From an uncultured Chloroflexia bacterium (lineage in GTDB: Bacteria; Chloroflexota; Limnocylindria; Limnocylindrales; CSP1-4): a stretch of 64,000 bases of DNA. The number at the start of each line of letters is the position of its first letter. The stretch's first letter is position 1. The position numbers and the translations under genes were made by a program. Positions 39,828 to 49,246 of this stretch are shown in pieces. The notes under the pieces are model-generated. The model was given only the letters and a program-made list of their open reading frames with translations, was not told the DNA's origin and made no database searches. The stretch lies in assembly GCA_963749705.1 (NCBI GenBank), contig CAVVNQ010000010.1, positions 64,001-128,000 on the forward strand, given 5' to 3'.

Positions 39828-40421
39828 TCAGCGCTGGAGGTTCACGCCCTCGAGCGCCAGCAGCTCGCGCTTGAGCGCGAGCGCCGCCTCCACGCCACCC
39901 CAGGTCGCCGCGCCGTAGCCCCCGAGCGTGCCGTCGCCGGCGATCACGCGATGGCAGGGGATCAGCAGCCCGACCGGGTTGCGGCCAACGGCGCCCCCGA
40001 CAGCCCGTGCGGCGCCACGGCGGCCGATCCGGCGGGCCACCTCGCCGTAGCTTGCGACCTGGCCGCGCGGAATGGCTCGGACGGCCCCCAGCACGAGCCG
40101 GTCCCAATCGGAGCGGTCCGAGATGTCGATGGCCACGGCGTCCAGCGGGACCGGCTCGCCGGCCATCGCGCGACCGATCAGGTCGATCGCCGTCTCGAGA
40201 TGGGTCCTGGCCGTGCCCGCGGGCGGCGCGGCAAGCGGCTCCGCCAGGCGCAGCCGCCGCCGCTCGAGACCTGCCTCGAACTCGCCGCCGCTCGACAGCA
40301 TCGCCACGGCGACCACGCCCCGGGGGCCGGCGGCGATCCGGACCGGGCCCCACGGTCCGTCGATCACGGCGGTCGCCAGCCCGGCGTCCTCCGGCGGTCG
40401 CTGGCGATCGCGTGGCGTCAT
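39828..40421 (-). CDS. ogt: Methylated-DNA--protein-cysteine methyltransferase
   Basis: IPRGQVASYG, AARAVG, IPCHRV active site. Confidence 0.92.
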   Translation of the reverse strand: MTPRDRQRPPEDAGLATAVIDGPWGPVRIAAGPRGVVAVAMLSSGGEFEAGLERRRLRLAEPLAAPPAGTARTHLETAIDLIGRAMAGEPVPLDAVAIDISDRSDWDRLVLGAVRAIPRGQVASYGEVARRIGRRGAARAVGGAVGRNPVGLLIPCHRVIAGDGTLGGYGAATWGGVEAALALKRELLALEGVNLQR

Positions 40422-40431
40422 CCGGAAATGG

Positions 40432-40460
40432 TTGCACGTGCTGGCTGGATGGGGCACACT
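40432..40460 (+). promoter_or_regulatory. Putative sigma70-type promoter of the lysine operon leader
   Basis: TTGCAC (40432-37) - 17 nt - CACACT (40455-60), 9 nt before the leader ATG. Confidence 0.5.
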
Positions 40461-40469
40461 GCGCCGGCA

Positions 40470-40550
40470 ATGTTGCGCATCACCGTCAGCTTCGACGCCA
40501 AGAAGAAGCTCTGGCGGCCCCGCCGGAAGGCTCGGGCCCTGGGGCTCTGA
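40470..40550 (+). CDS. Putative Lys-rich leader peptide MLRITVSFDAKKKLWRPRRKARALGL
   Basis: AAG AAG AAG at 40500-40508 plus a fourth AAG, directly upstream of dapB. Confidence 0.6.
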   Translation: MLRITVSFDAKKKLWRPRRKARALGL

Positions 40551-40570
40551 CGGCGCGCGAGCGACGATCA

Positions 40571-40640
40571 TCGGGGCCTCCGGGACCGGAGGCGCCGAGG
40601 GGCCGTGACACCGCGATGGTGCCGCGGCCTTTGTGATTCT
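40571..40640 (+). terminator. Attenuator-like tandem hairpins; the second is followed by a U-rich tract
   Basis: Hairpin 40571-40598 (TCGG.GCCTCCG/CGGAGGC.CCGA) and hairpin 40601-40629 (GGCCGTGACACC/GGTGCCGCGGCC) + TTTGTGATTCT. Confidence 0.55.
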
Positions 40641-40684
40641 CGGACCTCCGGAACCCGCGCCCAAACGCGGAAGGACGTTCGAGC

Positions 40685-41431
40685 ATGCAGCTCCTCATCT
40701 TCGGCCCTGGCCGGCTGGGCGGCGCGATCGCCGGCGCGGCCACGGCCGCCGGCTGGCCGGCGCCGATCATGGTCGGCAGGTCCGGCGCCGGCCGTCTCGA
40801 GCGGCTGCCATCGGCCGATGTCGCGATCGATGCCTCCGACGGGTCGGCCGTCGCCGGCAACGTCGCCCGGGCGCTGGCGGCCGGGCACCGCTCGTTCGTG
40901 CTGGCAGCGACCGGCTGGAACGCCGATATCCCGACGGTGCGCTCGCTGCTGCTGGCAGATGGCGCCCGGGCGGTCGTCGCCCCGAACCTGTCGCTCGGCG
41001 CGGCGCTGTTCCTGCGCCTCGTCGAGGTCGCGGCCGGCTGGTATGCGTCGGCCGGGACGTTCGAGCCATCGATCGTGGAGTGGCATCGTCGGGGCAAGGC
41101 GGACCGGCCGTCCGGGACGGCGAGGGCGCTGGCCCGCCGGATCTCGGCCGCCGATCCGCGCTGGTCGATCGAGCCCGATGGCGATCACCGGCCACTCGAG
41201 GTCGTGGGGATCCGCGCGGGCGCGGCGCCCGGGACGCACCTCGTGACGTTCGATGGACCGGGCGAGGTCGTCGAGCTGCGCCTCGCGGCCCGCGACCGGT
41301 CCGCATACGCGGACGGCGCGCTCGAAGCCGCCCGCTGGCTCGTCCGCGAATCGCGGGAGCCCGGCCTTCACTCGTTCGACGACGTCGTCGATGACCTGCT
41401 CGCGGCGGCTCCCGCCGCCGTCCACGCCTGA
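40685..41431 (+). CDS. dapB: 4-hydroxy-tetrahydrodipicolinate reductase
   Basis: GPGRLG, ATGW, PNLSLG, EWHRRGKADRPSGTA, RSAYADGA. Confidence 0.85.
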   Translation: MQLLIFGPGRLGGAIAGAATAAGWPAPIMVGRSGAGRLERLPSADVAIDASDGSAVAGNVARALAAGHRSFVLAATGWNADIPTVRSLLLADGARAVVAPNLSLGAALFLRLVEVAAGWYASAGTFEPSIVEWHRRGKADRPSGTARALARRISAADPRWSIEPDGDHRPLEVVGIRAGAAPGTHLVTFDGPGEVVELRLAARDRSAYADGALEAARWLVRESREPGLHSFDDVVDDLLAAAPAAVHA

Positions 41432-41455
41432 CAGCCGACCCGAAGGAGAACCGCC

Positions 41456-42469
41456 ATGACCCGCACGACCCGACCCACCGCCCTTGCCTCGACCCACGTC
41501 CAGCCCCGCCTTCGCGGCGCGTTCACCGCGCTCGTCACGCCATACACCGCCGACGGCCGAGTCGACGAGGCTGCCTATCGCCGGCTCGTCGCATGGCAGG
41601 CCATGGCGGGCATCGACGGCCTCGTCCCGGTCGGCACGACCGGCGAGGCGCCCACGCTGTCCGCCGGCGAGCGGGAGCGCCTGATCGAGATCGCGATCAC
41701 CACGATCGCCGAACGGTCGACGCGCCGGGTCCCCGTGATCGCCGGCACCGGCACCAACGACACCCGCGCGACCATCGAGGCCACCCGCCGCGCGGCCGCC
41801 CTCGGCGCCGACGCCGCGCTGATCGTCACCCCGTACTACAACCGGCCGGACCAGCGGATGCTCGACGCCCACTTCCGCGCGGTCGCCGACGAGGGCGGGC
41901 TGCCGATCGTCGTCTACAACGTGCCGTCGAGGACGGGCTCGAACGTCACCGCCGACACGTTCCTGCGGCTCGCCGAGCACCCGCGCGTGATCGCGGTCAA
42001 GGAGGCGAGCGGCAACATCGAACAGATCGCGGTCATCTGCCGCGACCGGCCCCGGGACGTCGCCGTCCTCGCCGGCGACGACGCCGCCATGCTGGCGGTG
42101 CTGGCGATGGGCGGCGACGGCGTGGTGTCCGTGGCGAGCAACGAGATCCCGGGCGACGTGGCCGCCCTCGTCCGGTCCGCGCTCGAGGGCGACTGGGCCG
42201 GGGCGCGCGCGATCCACGACCGCTGGCTGCCGTTGTTCCGGGCCAACTTCCAGGGCGCGCCCAACCCGGTTCCCGCAAAGGCCGCGATGGTCGCGATGGG
42301 GCTGCTCGAGCGCGACGACCTGCGGGCACCCCTGCTCCCGCTCGACGACGGGCCGCGCGAGCGCCTGGTCGCGCTGCTCCGATCGCTGGGGCTCGTGGAC
42401 GGCGGTGGGCGCCAGCCGGTCGCCCGCTCGGTGGGGCGGACCACCGCCGATACGGCGGCCGTCGCGTGA
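41456..42469 (+). CDS. dapA: 4-hydroxy-tetrahydrodipicolinate synthase
   Basis: GTTGE, VTPYYNRP, YNVPSRTG, AVKEASG, NPVPAK; RBS AAGGAG. Confidence 0.93.
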   Translation: MTRTTRPTALASTHVQPRLRGAFTALVTPYTADGRVDEAAYRRLVAWQAMAGIDGLVPVGTTGEAPTLSAGERERLIEIAITTIAERSTRRVPVIAGTGTNDTRATIEATRRAAALGADAALIVTPYYNRPDQRMLDAHFRAVADEGGLPIVVYNVPSRTGSNVTADTFLRLAEHPRVIAVKEASGNIEQIAVICRDRPRDVAVLAGDDAAMLAVLAMGGDGVVSVASNEIPGDVAALVRSALEGDWAGARAIHDRWLPLFRANFQGAPNPVPAKAAMVAMGLLERDDLRAPLLPLDDGPRERLVALLRSLGLVDGGGRQPVARSVGRTTADTAAVA

Positions 42470-43290
42470 CCGCGCCGTCCGTTCGCGCGGAGACCCGGTC
42501 CTCGATCCTCGACGACCTCGATGCCGGGCATCGCCGCGCCGCCGTGCCGGACTCGTCGGCACCCGGCGGCTGGCGCACCGATCCCGAGGTCAAGGCCGCG
42601 ATCCTCACCTGCTTCCGCGACCGGCGCACGGTCACCTCGACCGCGGGTGGGGGCCTTGCCTTCCGTGATCGGGTGGGGCTCCCGTCCAAGCCGCTCATCG
42701 ATGGTCCGCTCGCGACGGCGGCGCTCGATGCGGGCCGGCCGTGGCGCATCGTGCCCGGCGGGACCAGCATCCGTGCGGGCGTCCACCTTGGGCCGGGCGT
42801 CGTGGTGATGCCGCCATCGTTCATCAACATCGGGGCCTGGATCGGGGAGGACACCATGGTCGACTCCCACGTGCTCGTCGGCTCGTGCGCCCAGGTCGGC
42901 GCCCGGGTCCACCTCGCCGCCGGCGTGTCGATCGGGGGCGTGCTCGAGCCGCCCGGGGCCCGTCCCGTGATCGTCGAGGACGATGCCTTCGTCGGTGCGG
43001 GCTGCCGGCTCCTCGACGGGGTCCTGGTCGGGCATGGCGCGGTCATCGGGGCGGGAGTCGTGCTGACCGGGACCAGCCGCGTCTACGACCTCGTTCGGGA
43101 GCGCGTGCTGACCGGCACACCCGAAGCCCCGCTGGCCATCCCGCCGGGCGCGGTGGTCGTGCCCGGGTCCCGGCGGGTCGACGGCCCGTTTGCGGGCGAG
43201 CACGGGCTGTCCATCTCGGTCGCGCTGCTGGTCAAGGACCGCGACCCGGGTACCGATGCACGGGTCGCGCTCGAGGACGTGCTCCGGTGA
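42466..43290 (+). CDS. dapD: Tetrahydrodipicolinate N-succinyltransferase
   Basis: RIVPGG, PSFINIGA, VGSCAQVG, GGVLEP hexapeptide repeats. Confidence 0.9.
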   Translation: MTAPSVRAETRSSILDDLDAGHRRAAVPDSSAPGGWRTDPEVKAAILTCFRDRRTVTSTAGGGLAFRDRVGLPSKPLIDGPLATAALDAGRPWRIVPGGTSIRAGVHLGPGVVVMPPSFINIGAWIGEDTMVDSHVLVGSCAQVGARVHLAAGVSIGGVLEPPGARPVIVEDDAFVGAGCRLLDGVLVGHGAVIGAGVVLTGTSRVYDLVRERVLTGTPEAPLAIPPGAVVVPGSRRVDGPFAGEHGLSISVALLVKDRDPGTDARVALEDVLR

Positions 43291-44729
43291 GTGCCGTCCG
43301 CCAGCCCGGGCCGGCGCCCGCCCGGAACGCTGCGCCCGTCCCGCGTCGCGGCCGGCCGCCCGCGCGCAACGAGATCCTGCGCGGCGGCCGGTTGGGCGGC
43401 CAGGATCCGGCGGCGCTCGCGGACCGGTACGGGACGCCGCTGTACGTCTATGACCTCGACGTCGTCGCACGCCAGGTGTCGGCCCTTCGATCCGTGCTGC
43501 CGGCATCGTTCGACCTCGCCTACGCGGTCAAGGCCAACCCGAACCTTTCGGTCATGCGCCACCTGGCCGGGCTGGGGCTGGGCGCCGACGTCGCGTCGGG
43601 TGGCGAGCTGGGGCATGCGCTTCGGGCGGGGTTTGTCGCGGACCGGATCGTGTTCACAGGACCGGGCAAGCGCGACGAGGAGCTGGCAGCAGCGGTCGAC
43701 GTCGGGGTTCGTGCCGTGACCGTCGAATCGCCCGGCGAGCTGCGCCGACTGGCCCGGATCGCCGAGGGGCTCGGCCGTCGCCAGCCGATCCTGCTCCGCG
43801 CCGCCGCCACGGCGTCAGCCCCGCTCGAGCGCGTGCGCCTCGTCGGCGACGACGGCGCGGGCAAGTTCGGGATGGACCTTGTGGACGTCCGGGCGAGCGC
43901 CGCGGAGGCGATCGGGTCGTCGTGGCTCGATGTGCTCGGGCTTCACGTGTTCGGCGCCTCGAACGTGCTCGACGGCGGAGCGGTCGCCAGCCATGTCGAG
44001 GCAACGGTGCGCGCCGCCCGCGAGCTGTCGGTGGCGACCGGGTTCCGTCTCCGGCTCGTCGATGCGGGCGGCGGGCTCGGCGTTCCGTACGAGCCCCACG
44101 AGGCCGGGCTCGACCTGGCTGCCGTCGGGTCTCGCCTGGCGGCGCTCGAGGCGAGCATGCTCAGGGACGATGTCACGAGGGAGGCCCGCGTCCTGCTCGA
44201 GCCGGGCCGGTACCTGGTGGCGCCCGCCGGCGCCTACGTGGCCAGGGTCGTCGACCGCAAGATGGTCGGCGGTCACCACGTGGTCATCGTCGACGGCGGG
44301 ATCCACCATGTCCTGCGCCCGGTGCTGGTGGGCCAGGAGCATCGCGTCCGCGTCCTCTCGGGCGGTGCGACGACCACGGCCGCCCCGACCGTCATGGCCT
44401 CGACGGCCTCGGCCGCGGCCGGCCAGCGCCTTCCGGTCACGATCGCGGGGCCGCTGTGCTCGGGTCTCGACGTGCTCGCACAGGATGCGCTGTTGCCGCT
44501 GCCCGATCCCGGCGACCTGGTCGCGGTGCTCGACGTCGGGGCGTACGGGGCCACGGAGTCGATGCCGTTCTTCCTGTCGCACCCGCTCCCACCCGAGATC
44601 GCGCTGCGGGGCGGCGCCGCCTGGATCGCGCGACCGCGGATCGAGCCCGAGACGTGGCTCGCGTGGCAGGGCGACGAACCCGCCGACGCTGATCGGGCCG
44701 CCGTCGGCCGCGACACCCGCCGACGCTGA
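43287..44729 (+). CDS. lysA: Diaminopimelate decarboxylase-family PLP enzyme
   Basis: GTPLYVYD, YAVKAN, DAGGGLG, LEPGRY, GPLC, GAYG, FLSHP; last gene of the dap operon. Confidence 0.75.
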   Translation: MSAVRQPGPAPARNAAPVPRRGRPPARNEILRGGRLGGQDPAALADRYGTPLYVYDLDVVARQVSALRSVLPASFDLAYAVKANPNLSVMRHLAGLGLGADVASGGELGHALRAGFVADRIVFTGPGKRDEELAAAVDVGVRAVTVESPGELRRLARIAEGLGRRQPILLRAAATASAPLERVRLVGDDGAGKFGMDLVDVRASAAEAIGSSWLDVLGLHVFGASNVLDGGAVASHVEATVRAARELSVATGFRLRLVDAGGGLGVPYEPHEAGLDLAAVGSRLAALEASMLRDDVTREARVLLEPGRYLVAPAGAYVARVVDRKMVGGHHVVIVDGGIHHVLRPVLVGQEHRVRVLSGGATTTAAPTVMASTASAAAGQRLPVTIAGPLCSGLDVLAQDALLPLPDPGDLVAVLDVGAYGATESMPFFLSHPLPPEIALRGGAAWIARPRIEPETWLAWQGDEPADADRAAVGRDTRRR

Positions 44730-44759
44730 TCGGGCCGCCGTCGGCCGCGACACCCGCCG
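44678..44759 (+). repeat. 37-bp exact tandem duplication spanning the lysA-like stop codon
   Basis: CGCCGACGCTGATCGGGCCGCCGTCGGCCGCGACACC at 44681 and 44718. Confidence 0.9.
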
Positions 44760-44809
44760 GGCCGCCGGCGGGCGCTGACCCGGACGACCGGGAGGGGCAC
44801 AATCAACCC

Positions 44810-45748
44810 ATGCGGCGCCCCTATGTCATGCGACTCCGACGGCCGACGTTCCGTGGCCATCGGACCCCGGTCGCCACCGCCGGGCAGAGCGTCCGCCGGC
44901 TGATGCTGCTCGGCCTCGGCTCCACCCTGATCGGCGCGGTGGTCTGGGTCGGGACCACCCAGACCTTCACGGGTCAGCGGCTCGCGGACCTTGTCCTGTA
45001 CGGACGGTTCGCCGCAGACCCGGCCGTCACGGGCGCGGCGACCGAAACGCTGGCCGCCGTCGACCTCGCCTTCGTCGCCACCGCCGCGCTCGGGCTGCTG
45101 ACGCTGGCCCTCGCACGCGGCGGGGTCGGGCTTGCCATCGCGATGCTCGCGGTCCTGGGCGGATCCAACCTGACCGCGCAGCTGCTCAAGGACGTCCTCG
45201 AGCGGCCCGACCTGATCGGGACGGCGAGCTACGCGTACGGGAACAGCTTCCCGAGCGGCACGGTGACCCTCGCGGCGTCGCTCGGGTTCGCCACGATCCT
45301 GGTCGCACCCCGCCGGCTGCGGGTCCTCGTCTCCATCGGCGCCACCCTGCTCAGCGCCGCGGTCGGGTTGAGCACGATCACGACCGGCTGGCACCGCCTG
45401 GCCGACGTGGTGGGAGGCCTGCTGATCTCGCTCGCGTGGGCCGGTGTGGTCACCGCGGTCCTCGTCCGTGCCCAGGGCTGGATGCCGCGGCGCTCGTGGG
45501 GCAGCGGGTTCGGCGGCGGGGCGACGACGGTCGCCGGCATCCTCGGCTTCATCGCGGTCGTCGCCGGCGCCGCGGGGCTGGGCATCGCCCTGGTCGACCC
45601 GGCGCCGCTGGGCGACCTGATCCGTGACCGTGCGACGACACCGGAGTCGTACATCGGGGCGCTGGCCATCGCCGCGGGGGCGGCGGTCATCACGTCGGCG
45701 AGCTACGTCTGGGCAATGCGCGGGATCGCGCTGGAAGCGCCCCGATGA
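44810..45748 (+). CDS. Phosphatase PAP2 family membrane protein
   Basis: LKDVLERP, SFPSG(T), GWHRLADV motifs. Confidence 0.8.
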   Translation: MRRPYVMRLRRPTFRGHRTPVATAGQSVRRLMLLGLGSTLIGAVVWVGTTQTFTGQRLADLVLYGRFAADPAVTGAATETLAAVDLAFVATAALGLLTLALARGGVGLAIAMLAVLGGSNLTAQLLKDVLERPDLIGTASYAYGNSFPSGTVTLAASLGFATILVAPRRLRVLVSIGATLLSAAVGLSTITTGWHRLADVVGGLLISLAWAGVVTAVLVRAQGWMPRRSWGSGFGGGATTVAGILGFIAVVAGAAGLGIALVDPAPLGDLIRDRATTPESYIGALAIAAGAAVITSASYVWAMRGIALEAPR

Positions 45749-45908
45749 CCCCGGCCGCGGACGCCCCCGACCCGGTTCGCGGGGATGCCCGCTGACGCTG
45801 CGAGCATTGCGCAGTCGCGTGCCGGCGGACCGTTCTGACCCCGTCAGGTCCATTCGGCCGGCCACGACGGGCCGAACGGGCCGGCCCGGGGGAAGCAGCC
45901 CCTGCGAT

Positions 45909-45925
45909 ATACTCCCCCTGAGTAT
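45909..45925. promoter_or_regulatory. CsoR/RicR-type operator candidate
   Basis: ATACTC-CCCCT-GAGTAT inverted repeat overlapping a TATACT -10, immediately before copA. Confidence 0.6.
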
Positions 45926-45928
45926 CAG

Positions 45929-48655
45929 ATGAGCACGAACACCGCGTCCCTCCCCACTGCGCCCCAGCCGATCGAGATCGTCCTCCCGATCGAGGGCATG
46001 ACCTGCGCGTCATGCGTCAACCGGATCGAGCGGTTCCTCAACAAGACCCCCGGCGTCGAGCAGGCCGCGGTCAACCTCGCCACCGAGCGAGCGTCCGTGT
46101 TCGTGGACCCGGCGCTCGTCGGGCGCGACGAGCTGGTCCGGGCGGTCGAAGCAGCCGGCTACGAGGTCAAGGCCGAGCCGTCCGCGGACGTGGGGGCCAT
46201 GGCCACCTCGCTCGAGGCGGAGGTCAGCGCCGACGATCTCGAGCGCGAGCATGCGCAGCGCCAGACGCTGTTCCAGGCGCTGGTCGCCATCGCGTCCGCT
46301 GTCGTGATCATGGTCCTGATGTTCGCCCCCCAGACGCTGGTGGCGATGGAGGACCTCAACAAGCTGATCCTGTGGCCGGCGACGTTCATCCAGTTCTGGG
46401 CCGGTGGCCGGTTCTACCGGGCCGCCTGGCGGGCCGCACGACACGGCGGCGCGACGATGGACACGCTGGTGGCCGTCGGCACCTCGGCCGCCTGGGGGTA
46501 CTCCGTGTTCGTCACGATGTGGCCCGGGATCATCCACCAGGCTGGGCTGCGCGCCGAGTCCTACTTCGACAGCGCCACGATCATCATCGGCCTGATCCTG
46601 CTCGGCAGGTGGCTCGAGCAACGTGCCAAGGGCCGTACGACCGGCGCCATCCGGCGGCTGGTCGGGCTCCAGGCAACGACCGCGCGCCGGCTGCGAAACG
46701 GCGTGGAGGAGGACGTCGACCTCGCGGTGGTCGTCCCGGGCGACCTGCTGCGGGTGCGCCCGGGCGACAAGGTGCCGGTGGACGGGGTCGTCGTCGAAGG
46801 CACGTCACCGGTCGACGAATCGATGCTCACCGGGGAGCCGCTCCCGAGGACGAAGGCGACCGGCGACGAGGTCATCGGTGCCACCCTCAACACGACCGGC
46901 TCGTTCGTCATGCGCGCCACGCGCGTCGGCCGCGACACCGCGCTCGCCCGGATCGTGGAGCTCGTCCAGCGAGCCCAGGGATCGAAGGCGCCGATCCAGC
47001 GGCTTGCCGACCGGATCAGCGAGGTGTTCGTGCCCGCGGTGATCGTCGTTGCCGCGCTCACGTTCGTGCTGTGGTTCGTGCTGGGTCCCGAGCCGCGGCT
47101 GACGCTCTCGCTCACCGCGTTCATCGGCGTCGTCGTCATCGCGTGCCCGTGCGCCATGGGCCTCGCGACCCCGACCGCGATCATGGTCGGCACCGGCAAG
47201 GGCGCCGAGGCCGGGATCCTCGTCCGCGGCGGCGAGGCGCTCGAGATCGCCGGGCGGATCGACACCGTGGTGATGGACAAGACCGGCACGTTGACGCTGG
47301 GACGCCCGGCGGTGTCGTCGGTCATCCACGTGCCGCACCCGGCGACCGGGTCGGGGCTCACGCCGGACCGGGTGCTGGACCTCGCGGGCTCGCTCGAGAC
47401 GGGCAGCGAGCACCCGCTGGGCGAGGCGATCGTGCGCAGGGCGCGCGAGACCGAGCTCGGCTTCCACAAGGTCGAGGGGTTCGAGGCGGTCGTCGGACGC
47501 GGCGTCCGCGGAACCGTCGACGGGTCCGCGGTGATCGTCGGCAGCCGGCGGCTGATGGCGGAGGCGGGCATCGACATTTCGGCGCTGCGCGCACCCGCGG
47601 AGGCGGCCGCCGCCGAGGGTGGCACGGTCGTATACGTCGGGATCGACGGCACGGCGGCCGCGCTGATCGCCGTCTCGGACCCGGTCAAGCCCGAGTCGGC
47701 TGCGGCCGTCCACGACCTCCGTGAGGCCGGCATCGACGTATGGCTGCTGACCGGTGACGCGAGGGTCACGGCCGAGGCCGTCGCACGCCGGGTCGGGATC
47801 GCGCCGGACCACGTGATCGCCGAGGTGCTTCCCGAGGACAAGGACGCGACGATCGGGCGCCTCCAGGCCGACGGGCACCGGGTGGCCATGGTCGGTGATG
47901 GCATCAACGATGCGCCGGCGCTCGCCCGGGCCGATCTCGGCGTCGCGATCGGCACCGGTGCCGACGTTGCGATCGAGGCATCGGATGTCACGCTCGTGGG
48001 CGGGGACCCGCGCCTGGTGGCATCGGCCATCGCGCTGTCGCGAGCCAGCGTTCGGGTGATCCGGCAGAACCTGTTCTGGGCGTTCGCCTACAACGTCGTG
48101 CTGATCCCGATCGCGATGGGCGCCCTGTACCCGGCATTCGGCATCGCGCTCAACCCGGCGATGGCCGCCGGCGCCATGGCCCTGTCATCGGTCAGCGTGG
48201 TGACCAACTCGCTCCGGCTGCGGGGGATCGACGTCCGGCCCGGGCACGTGGCCCAGCTGCGGCGCGGTCCGCTCGGGCTTGCGCGGGATGCCGTGTTCCT
48301 GGGTGGCGTCGCCGTGCTCGGGCTGGGCCTCGCCGGCGGGGTGCTGGCGGCCGACCGCGCGATCGATGCCGGCCTGCCGCACGTGGACGTCACCGCGCGC
48401 GACATGCGCTTCGTGCCCGCCGACCTGCACGTCACGGCGGGCGAGTGGGTGGTCCTCGAGTTCACGAACCGGGACACGGTCGTCCACGACTGGATGATCG
48501 AGGGGGTCGCGAACCTCGACGTCCCGGCGCGCCCCGGCCAGACGTCCCACCTCCGGTTCATGCTCGATACGCCCGGGACCTATCGGGTCATGTGCTCGAT
48601 CCCCGGCCACGCCGCGGCGGGCATGGTCGGCACCCTGACCGTCGTCCCGGGTTGA
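45929..48655 (+). CDS. copA: Cu(+)-translocating P1B-type ATPase with C-terminal cupredoxin domain
   Basis: GMTCASC, TGE, CPC, DKTGT, HP, GDGIND, YN, MALSS; tail VHDW...[11 protein letters not shown]. Confidence 0.93.
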   Translation: MSTNTASLPTAPQPIEIVLPIEGMTCASCVNRIERFLNKTPGVEQAAVNLATERASVFVDPALVGRDELVRAVEAAGYEVKAEPSADVGAMATSLEAEVSADDLEREHAQRQTLFQALVAIASAVVIMVLMFAPQTLVAMEDLNKLILWPATFIQFWAGGRFYRAAWRAARHGGATMDTLVAVGTSAAWGYSVFVTMWPGIIHQAGLRAESYFDSATIIIGLILLGRWLEQRAKGRTTGAIRRLVGLQATTARRLRNGVEEDVDLAVVVPGDLLRVRPGDKVPVDGVVVEGTSPVDESMLTGEPLPRTKATGDEVIGATLNTTGSFVMRATRVGRDTALARIVELVQRAQGSKAPIQRLADRISEVFVPAVIVVAALTFVLWFVLGPEPRLTLSLTAFIGVVVIACPCAMGLATPTAIMVGTGKGAEAGILVRGGEALEIAGRIDTVVMDKTGTLTLGRPAVSSVIHVPHPATGSGLTPDRVLDLAGSLETGSEHPLGEAIVRRARETELGFHKVEGFEAVVGRGVRGTVDGSAVIVGSRRLMAEAGIDISALRAPAEAAAAEGGTVVYVGIDGTAAALIAVSDPVKPESAAAVHDLREAGIDVWLLTGDARVTAEAVARRVGIAPDHVIAEVLPEDKDATIGRLQADGHRVAMVGDGINDAPALARADLGVAIGTGADVAIEASDVTLVGGDPRLVASAIALSRASVRVIRQNLFWAFAYNVVLIPIAMGALYPAFGIALNPAMAAGAMALSSVSVVTNSLRLRGIDVRPGHVAQLRRGPLGLARDAVFLGGVAVLGLGLAGGVLAADRAIDAGLPHVDVTARDMRFVPADLHVTAGEWVVLEFTNRDTVVHDWMIEGVANLDVPARPGQTSHLRFMLDTPGTYRVMCSIPGHAAAGMVGTLTVVPG

Positions 48656-48681
48656 CGGCGCCCAGCCGGTAGACTCCGGCG

Positions 48682-49215
48682 GTGACCGATTCCCCGCTCG
48701 ACCCCGGCTCGCCGGGGCCCGCCACGCGCATCCGCATCGACGTCCAGCCGGATCCTCGCGACCTGCCCGGCGACTTTCCCCACCGAATGGTCATCGACAC
48801 CCGGTTCGGCGACACGGATGCGATGGGCCACGTGAACAACGCCCGGTTCCTGACCTACTGCGAATCCGCCCGGATCGCGTACTGGGAATCGGCGACGGGC
48901 GAGCCCGTCGGCCTGCCCACGCACGGGGCCGAGGAGTCGCTGATCCTGGCCGACATCCACGTCGCGTTCCGGACGCCGGCCTTCTTCGGCGAGACGCTGA
49001 CCGTCGAGACGCGGGTGGGGACCGTCGGGCGCTCGTCGTTCTCGCTGGAGCACCGGATCACCGCGGGCTCGTCCGCGCGCGGCCCGGCGCGCCTGGTCGC
49101 CACGGCCGAGGCGGTTCAGGTGCTGTACGACTACGCCACCGCCCGCCCACGCGCCGTCCCCGAGGCGACGATCGCGAAGCTCGAGGGGTACGAGGGGCGC
49201 TCGCTGCGCAGCTGA
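48682..49215 (+). CDS. Acyl-CoA thioesterase (4HBT/YbgC family)
   Basis: DTDAMGHVNNA..E.AR. Confidence 0.88.
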   Translation: MTDSPLDPGSPGPATRIRIDVQPDPRDLPGDFPHRMVIDTRFGDTDAMGHVNNARFLTYCESARIAYWESATGEPVGLPTHGAEESLILADIHVAFRTPAFFGETLTVETRVGTVGRSSFSLEHRITAGSSARGPARLVATAEAVQVLYDYATARPRAVPEATIAKLEGYEGRSLRS

Positions 49216-49246
49216 CCGGCCCCGGGCACGACGGATCCGGGCCGGG

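Noticed and set aside
40490-40680. Canonical lysine riboswitch or T-box
   Set aside because: Could not find the AGAGG..GAAAGG..ACUGUC L-box core or the GGUGG.ACC T-box by eye; an Rfam scan is needed to be certain
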